From Macrostomum lignano (taxonomy: Eukaryota): 64,000 nt of DNA. The stretch is taken from assembly GCA_002269645.1 (NCBI GenBank), contig NIVC01001284.1:1-64000 (forward strand), in the 5' to 3' direction. Position numbers and translations under genes: made by a program. Below are positions 59,010 through 64,000 of the stretch, in pieces. Numbering within the stretch: position 1 is the stretch's first letter; each line of letters begins with the position of its first letter. The notes below the pieces were generated by a model. It worked only from the letters and a program-made list of their open reading frames with translations. It searched no databases and was not told where the DNA came from.

Positions 59010-61050
59010 CTAGGATCCCACCGTCGCATCATTTATAACATGTACGGGACTACCGCCATCGTGACGTTTCCTTTGCCTACGAAAGGCGAAGGAGTAGAGC
59101 AGTAGAGCAGTAGAGCAGTAGAGCAGCTCAAGCAGCTCGCACAGGGTCAGCAGGCTGCTGCCAATATAGCGCCCAAACAGTCCGCCCATGTCGGCCAAAA
59201 ACGCGGTCACCGAGTACGAGTGCGCGATTTGCACCTGGGCTGATTTCGGGTTGTCCACTCGAATGCGAACTTCTAGCATCGACTCGGAGACGAAGTGTCG
59301 GAATAGAGCCTCGGAATGAGCCGAGTGATTTCCTGCGTGCAAAGAGTTGAGAGGGAAATATTGTCATCTTATAGTAGCTATATTTGTCTGGAAAAAGCAT
59401 TTCGTGACTCGTTGATTCCACTTACTTGTGTGCCTGCTCAGGGAAGTCGGCGCAATGTCGCCGGTTGTGTGACAATGTCGCTTGAAGTGCGCCAGGATGC
59501 ACACAGCCTCCTGCCTCTGATGAAAAAGAGATGGCTCCTTTAGGGCACAGACGCCGCTGAAGATAATCAACGCTGCTGAAGATATTGTAATAAATACCAC
59601 TTTAGAAGATACGTTAGATATATACAGCATCTATAGAGCATTTCTTCATCAACAGTGCGGCTAGTCACTATTAGTCAAGAATGTCAATCACTTTTCTTAC
59701 CTTCTTCGTCCAGTTTTCTAGCAAAGCGGCCCAGCTTAGCCAATTCTGGCTGCTTCTCTGGCGTAAACTCGCGAAACGCGTCAGCGTAGGGAATGCGGAA
59801 TTTCGGCCACTTGTAGAATATGAAAGGTAAATGAAAAGCCCTGCGTGTAATAACGCGAATACACACACGGTTGATTCCGACGGCAGTACTCGGTCGGATC
59901 CGTGACCAACTGTTAATCCAGAGCCATTTGCTCAGCTCAGCTGTTCAAGACCAGCATTTCGGTCAGATTGTCCCATCTGGGCGCGTGGCACAGGGCCCAC
60001 GGCCTACGATAGTAGTGCCGAAGGGCGCCAGTCTCTTTGTAGCATCTCTTGTCCCACTCAATGTACAGACAGGCGGTGTAGCTGTGATGGTACTTAACCA
60101 GCTTGCCAGTCAGATGGTCAGTAAAGAGTGCACTTGCGTGATTCGGTGAGCAGTGACGGTGAGCGGTGAGCAGCTGTACAACTCTTCACCGTACACCAGC
60201 TCCTCCATGCCAACAGAGATTTGTGTACGTAGGACCTGCCCCGTGCCAAGTTTAACTTCGTATCGTAATCAATGAACGGATAGGCGCCCCTGGGAATGAT
60301 TAGCATCTGACAGCCGGATCGAAACATGTTCTCGCGTACGCCAGTCAGCGGCTGCCAGTCTCGAAACGGCACACTCTCGTTGTTCACCGGATTAACAATC
60401 GGACGGATTTTATCACCGGTGTAATCAAACTCAAAGAAGTGCGGATCGATGAACATGTAGCGAACTCTTGCCTGACGCTATCGGGTAGAACTACTTCGAA
60501 GCAAAGCCAGCTGTTTGAAGAGAAGAACAGCCTAGTGCCAACTTTGATAGTCCTGGCGCCATCCTTGATGCTGCTGGTGAACACCATCTGCTCAGCTCGT
60601 TGCAGCAGAAAATCTCAGATAAGATGCACCGGCAAAGAATCGATGATGACGCGAACTCTCTCCGATGTTTGATTGTAGCTCTCGGGCCAGCCTGATTTAC
60701 CGCTGAATGAAATCATGCTGTCGTACAGTCTTCCCAGCCGCTCGACTTCCCTGTTGATTTGGTCGGCTTGCTGTTTGTTCAGTGTGTAGGGATAACTACC
60801 AGACAATGGGTGACTCGGATAGAAGTAGGTCAGGGAACTCGAACGGCACCTTCACGGGTTAGTGAGTCTTGATGACGCGTACATTCAATATTTTTCTTAC
60901 CAGAGTCACGGCTCCGCCGCAGTAGAAGCCAAGAAACGTCAGAAGCAGCAGGGACCACATGACCCGCATTGGGACACTCTTGGACGCTGCCGCTTTGCTA
61001 ATTCCGTGCGCTGAACTCGAGGCCAACGCCTCCAGCATAGGATTAGCCAT
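59010..61050 (-). pseudogene. DEG/ENaC (ASIC-like) sodium channel gene, disrupted
   Basis: N-terminal SSSAHG motif and TM1 (VMWSLLLLTFLGF), FPD, Cys-rich ectodomain pieces, and last exon 59332-59010 with ADMGGLFGRYIGSSLLTLCELLEL. In-frame stops at 60861-60859 and 60617-60615, frameshifts near 60820 and 60460. Confidence 0.85.
59425..59560 (+). mobile_element. SINE family 2 body fragment in the last intron of the ENaC pseudogene
   Basis: CTTGTGTGCCTGCTCAGGGAAGTCGGCGCAATG..TCGCCGGTTGTGTGACAATGTCGCTT..CCAGGATGCACACAGCC matches the reverse complement of 23430-23540. Confidence 0.7.
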
Positions 61051-61639
61051 ACTGAATCGCGAATTCGGTTACCGGGGCTCTATATACATAGCTAAAAATA
61101 AATTCGCGCAGATTAAAGTATATTTATATGTGATTATTTTTGCTCTTCTTTGCACGGATTGGCTGACCAATTCAAATCGATGTACATGTAGGAGCGTATG
61201 ATGCAGCATCCGAAGCCTAATTCGATACTCAACAACCCGTTGTCTGCTGTCTGTAAGTCGTACAGGCACTGCTATAAACAGATGATGCAGTGTGACTAAT
61301 CCTATTCAGAGTCCATTAATCCATAGAAAAATTAATGATTGCATGTACTTCTACAGATATATTTTACAGTATTTGCAAGGGAATTTACCATGCAGCCTTA
61401 TCCCCATCGTTTCTGCTATTAGTGCCTCAAAATTTGCTCATAAATTCCCATCTAGCCGTGCAGTCATTTATGAGGAAAATGGATTTACGAGCGTATTTTT
61501 CAAATCCCACCCAGCCTGGAAAGAGTCCGCGGCCACCCCACCCCAAATGACCCACAAACATTTTGTTCGCCTAAAAACGAAATAAAAGAGGTGACCAAAC
61601 TCGGCAAAATTGGCAGAAACTCGGCTTTAGCCAGCTACC

Positions 61640-61960
61640 GGCACAGAAGGCAGGGGCGCTCACCAAGAGAGACAGGGGCGCCAACCAAGAGACAGGGGCG
61701 CTCACCAAGAGACAGGGGCGCCCACCAAGAGACAGAGGCGCTCACCAAGAGACAGGGGCGCCTACCAAGAGACAGGGGCGCCCACCAAGAGACAGAGGCG
61801 CTCACCAAGAGACAGGGGCACCCACCAAGAGACAGGGGTGCTCACCAAGAGACAGGGGCGCTTACCAAGAGACAGGAGTGCCAAACAAGAGAAACAGGGC
61901 TAGGTGCGCCAACCAAGAGACAGGGGCGCCAAACAAGAGAGACAGGGGCGCCAAACAAGA
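61640..61960. repeat. 21-bp minisatellite (CCAAGAGACAGGGGCGCTCA-type)n
   Basis: Direct reading; it explains the TKRQGRS ORF. Confidence 0.93.
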
Positions 61961-62597
61961 GAGCTTTTTGTTTGTTGTTTCGCCTCATCGCTGGATTGTT
62001 CTTTATCTTGCTGACTCTCTGAAGTTGCGGACTGGTATTTTTCTTTTGACATTGAATTACTCAGTTATAGGAGTTCCAAAAGCGACACGAAACTTCTGGC
62101 TATGTAAGGCAAACTTTCGAACATAGCCCGTACGTATTCTTTATCATACAAGACTTGAGGGTTTTTAGATTTTAGGCCATATGAACATGCACATATTCCG
62201 TGCTTCTTAGAGGTCAAGCTGTCTCCCTTTTTGTCTGTACTTTTATCTCCCACCGTAGCTACTGGCGCCGAATCTTCTGAGTCGGAAGACTTCAAACTTG
62301 GGAAACAATATTATTCGAGCAGATGAGATAGCAAAACATTGAGTCATGTACAGACTGAATCGAGTGGCACCGGACTTCGTACAGCCATGCTTATCTAATA
62401 CACAAACTTTGCATATGAGATAGAAATAATTAGACTCGCATATATTAATTATTAATTATTAGGAGCTGCTTCGGGCCTGGGGGCACCAATTAAAAATCAT
62501 AAACAGTTTGAAATTCACATTTTATTATATACATGTGCATGGATCAAGAAACACGTAAGCTTATAGAAATGGGAAAACTTGTCTGGAAAACTTGTCG

Positions 62598-63034
62598 TTA
62601 AACCACTGCCTCAATCGGGCTGTGTCCAGTTGCAGAGCAAACTTCGGTTTCTGCTGTTCTCAACGGAGTCATCTCAGCCTCATCACCAACAGGCTTGTCC
62701 AAGCCGTCAGCTTCATCGTTTCGAGCATCATCGTTTTCATCATCATTGTTTTCTTCATCACCCTGAGCGCTGCTCGGTCGTCCCGGGCACTTTGTCTTGA
62801 CAAATGTCGTTGCCTTCGCGTAGAACATCTCAACGAATTCACAGAGCGTCAGTACACTGCAGCCCAGGTACAGGCCCATTAAGCCGCCAATGTCGGACAA
62901 GTACGACGTGCCTGAATATGAGGCAGTCATGAGGACTCGAGCTGCTTGCGGGTTGTCGGCTCGGATGCTGACTTCAAGCATCGACTCGGCGATGAAGTGG
63001 CGCAGTGCCGCCTCCGAATGCGTTGAGTGCTGGC
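62598..63034 (-). CDS. DEG/ENaC channel, last exon only (TM2 and tail); upstream exons not found in this window
   Basis: Acceptor AAAATCGCAG at 63035; SYLSDIGGLMGLYLGCSVLTLCEFVEMFY contains the GxS filter. It is paralogous to 59332-59010 with the same phase-1 boundary. Confidence 0.85.
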
Positions 63035-63649
63035 CTGCGATTTTTAATGGAGAATTTGCGTATGTTTCTGGCACTGTCAAAGCTCATGACACAGTAATTT
63101 CGTAAAGCCTACATGCACATTCTGGTTCAAATTACCGAAAACTCGACATTGAAGTACAATAATATTTAACAAGAATTTATACGCCACCGTTATATGAGAT
63201 CGCCTACTAACGAGTAGTGAGGAAAGAATTTAACGCAATTCCTATTACAGTGTATATCAATTCACCGATAGTTCAATTTGACTTCAAGTCTGTCTGCACA
63301 GACGATTCTTAATGACTCAGAACCCCTTCCTGACCAGATAGAGACTAATGGATTGTCAAAATGTCTGAAACGCTATTCAGCAATTTTTTTCTTTGATTGC
63401 TAGACATTTCTTAACTAGAATTTTAGGGGCATGAGAAAGTCACAGGATATGAAAAACCCTGTGGGACTGCCTCGTTTAGAAACCCGACGTCAGGGATTTC
63501 AGCCGAAGTTTCTATCATCTATCGACATCGACTGAAGTTTCTGACATCTATCGACATCACCAGGCAATTAGGTAATGTTACATACTTTTCAACGGCTTCC
63601 AATGACGTCAAGTATGTCGAGTAAGTCGGCGGACATCGGAATGTTGGCG

Positions 63650-63935
63650 GGCGAGTAATAATAATTAATAATAACTGAAAATACATGCCCAATTGGGCCT
63701 GATGTGCCACCGACAGCTCAGCCCCAGCTATTGCGCGGCGCATCTGAAGGCTGCGTACGGCTGTTCAGTTCAAGGACTAGGGGGTCGCCACACACTCCCT
63801 CAATTACCCCAGCTAATGCTGCACATATTTTACAGCTGCATGAGCTGAAGCAATGCAGAGTTAAGTTTTTTGCTCAAGGACACAAATTGTTCCGAGTGGG
63901 TCGAGAATCGAACCACCGACCTGACAGACGGGCGA
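63650..63935 (-). mobile_element. SINE family 1, uninterrupted body (5' head truncated)
   Basis: Minus strand GGTGGTTCGATTCTCGACCCACTCGGAACAATTTGTGTCCTTGAGCAAAAAACTTAACTCTGCATTGCTTCAG... is continuous across the site that carries an insertion at 4921 and 21081. Confidence 0.8.
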
Positions 63936-64000
63936 ATACAAGCATTGATGTGTCTGTGTGCTTTTGTGTACTTTGTTTGTTCACTGTAATACAATTACAT

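Noticed and set aside
60850-60900. A 51-nt GTAAGA...ACTAAC...AG intron that would remove the first stop of the ENaC gene
   Set aside because: It would delete the segment after TM1 that channels of this family need, and further stops and frameshifts remain downstream, so a pseudogene is more parsimonious.

Overview
Eukaryotic, intron-containing, repeat-rich animal genomic DNA, not bacterial; no CRISPR, rRNA or true tRNA genes. The style resembles an invertebrate such as a free-living flatworm, but that is only inference. (1) 1-25.5 kb is a tandem birth-and-death array of two-exon genes encoding secreted proteins: signal peptide + PAN/Apple-like domain, a phase-1 intron, then an F-type (fucose-binding) lectin domain. 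It has 4 intact copies, 2 copies with single-base deletions, 4 clearly disrupted copies and several fragments, arranged in nested segmental duplications. Framework blocks are nearly identical at the DNA level, while the five binding loops and the His/Arg/Arg sugar-binding triad differ from copy to copy. (2) A single-exon PNRC-family gene lies at 32.1-32.6 kb on the minus strand. (3) A complete 7-exon X-family DNA polymerase of the Pol mu/TdT branch spans 35760-51017 on the minus strand (617 aa reconstructed), with mixed TdT-like and Pol mu-like signatures and a 4.86-kb long-TIR, 9-bp-TSD element in intron 1. (4) Two tandem DEG/ENaC channel genes lie at 59-63 kb on the minus strand: one pseudogene and one last exon. 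(5) Non-autonomous DNA transposons with recognisable TIRs/TSDs, two tRNA-derived SINE families and many minisatellites explain most of the long low-complexity ORFs in the track. All coordinates and alignments were read by eye; no searches were run.
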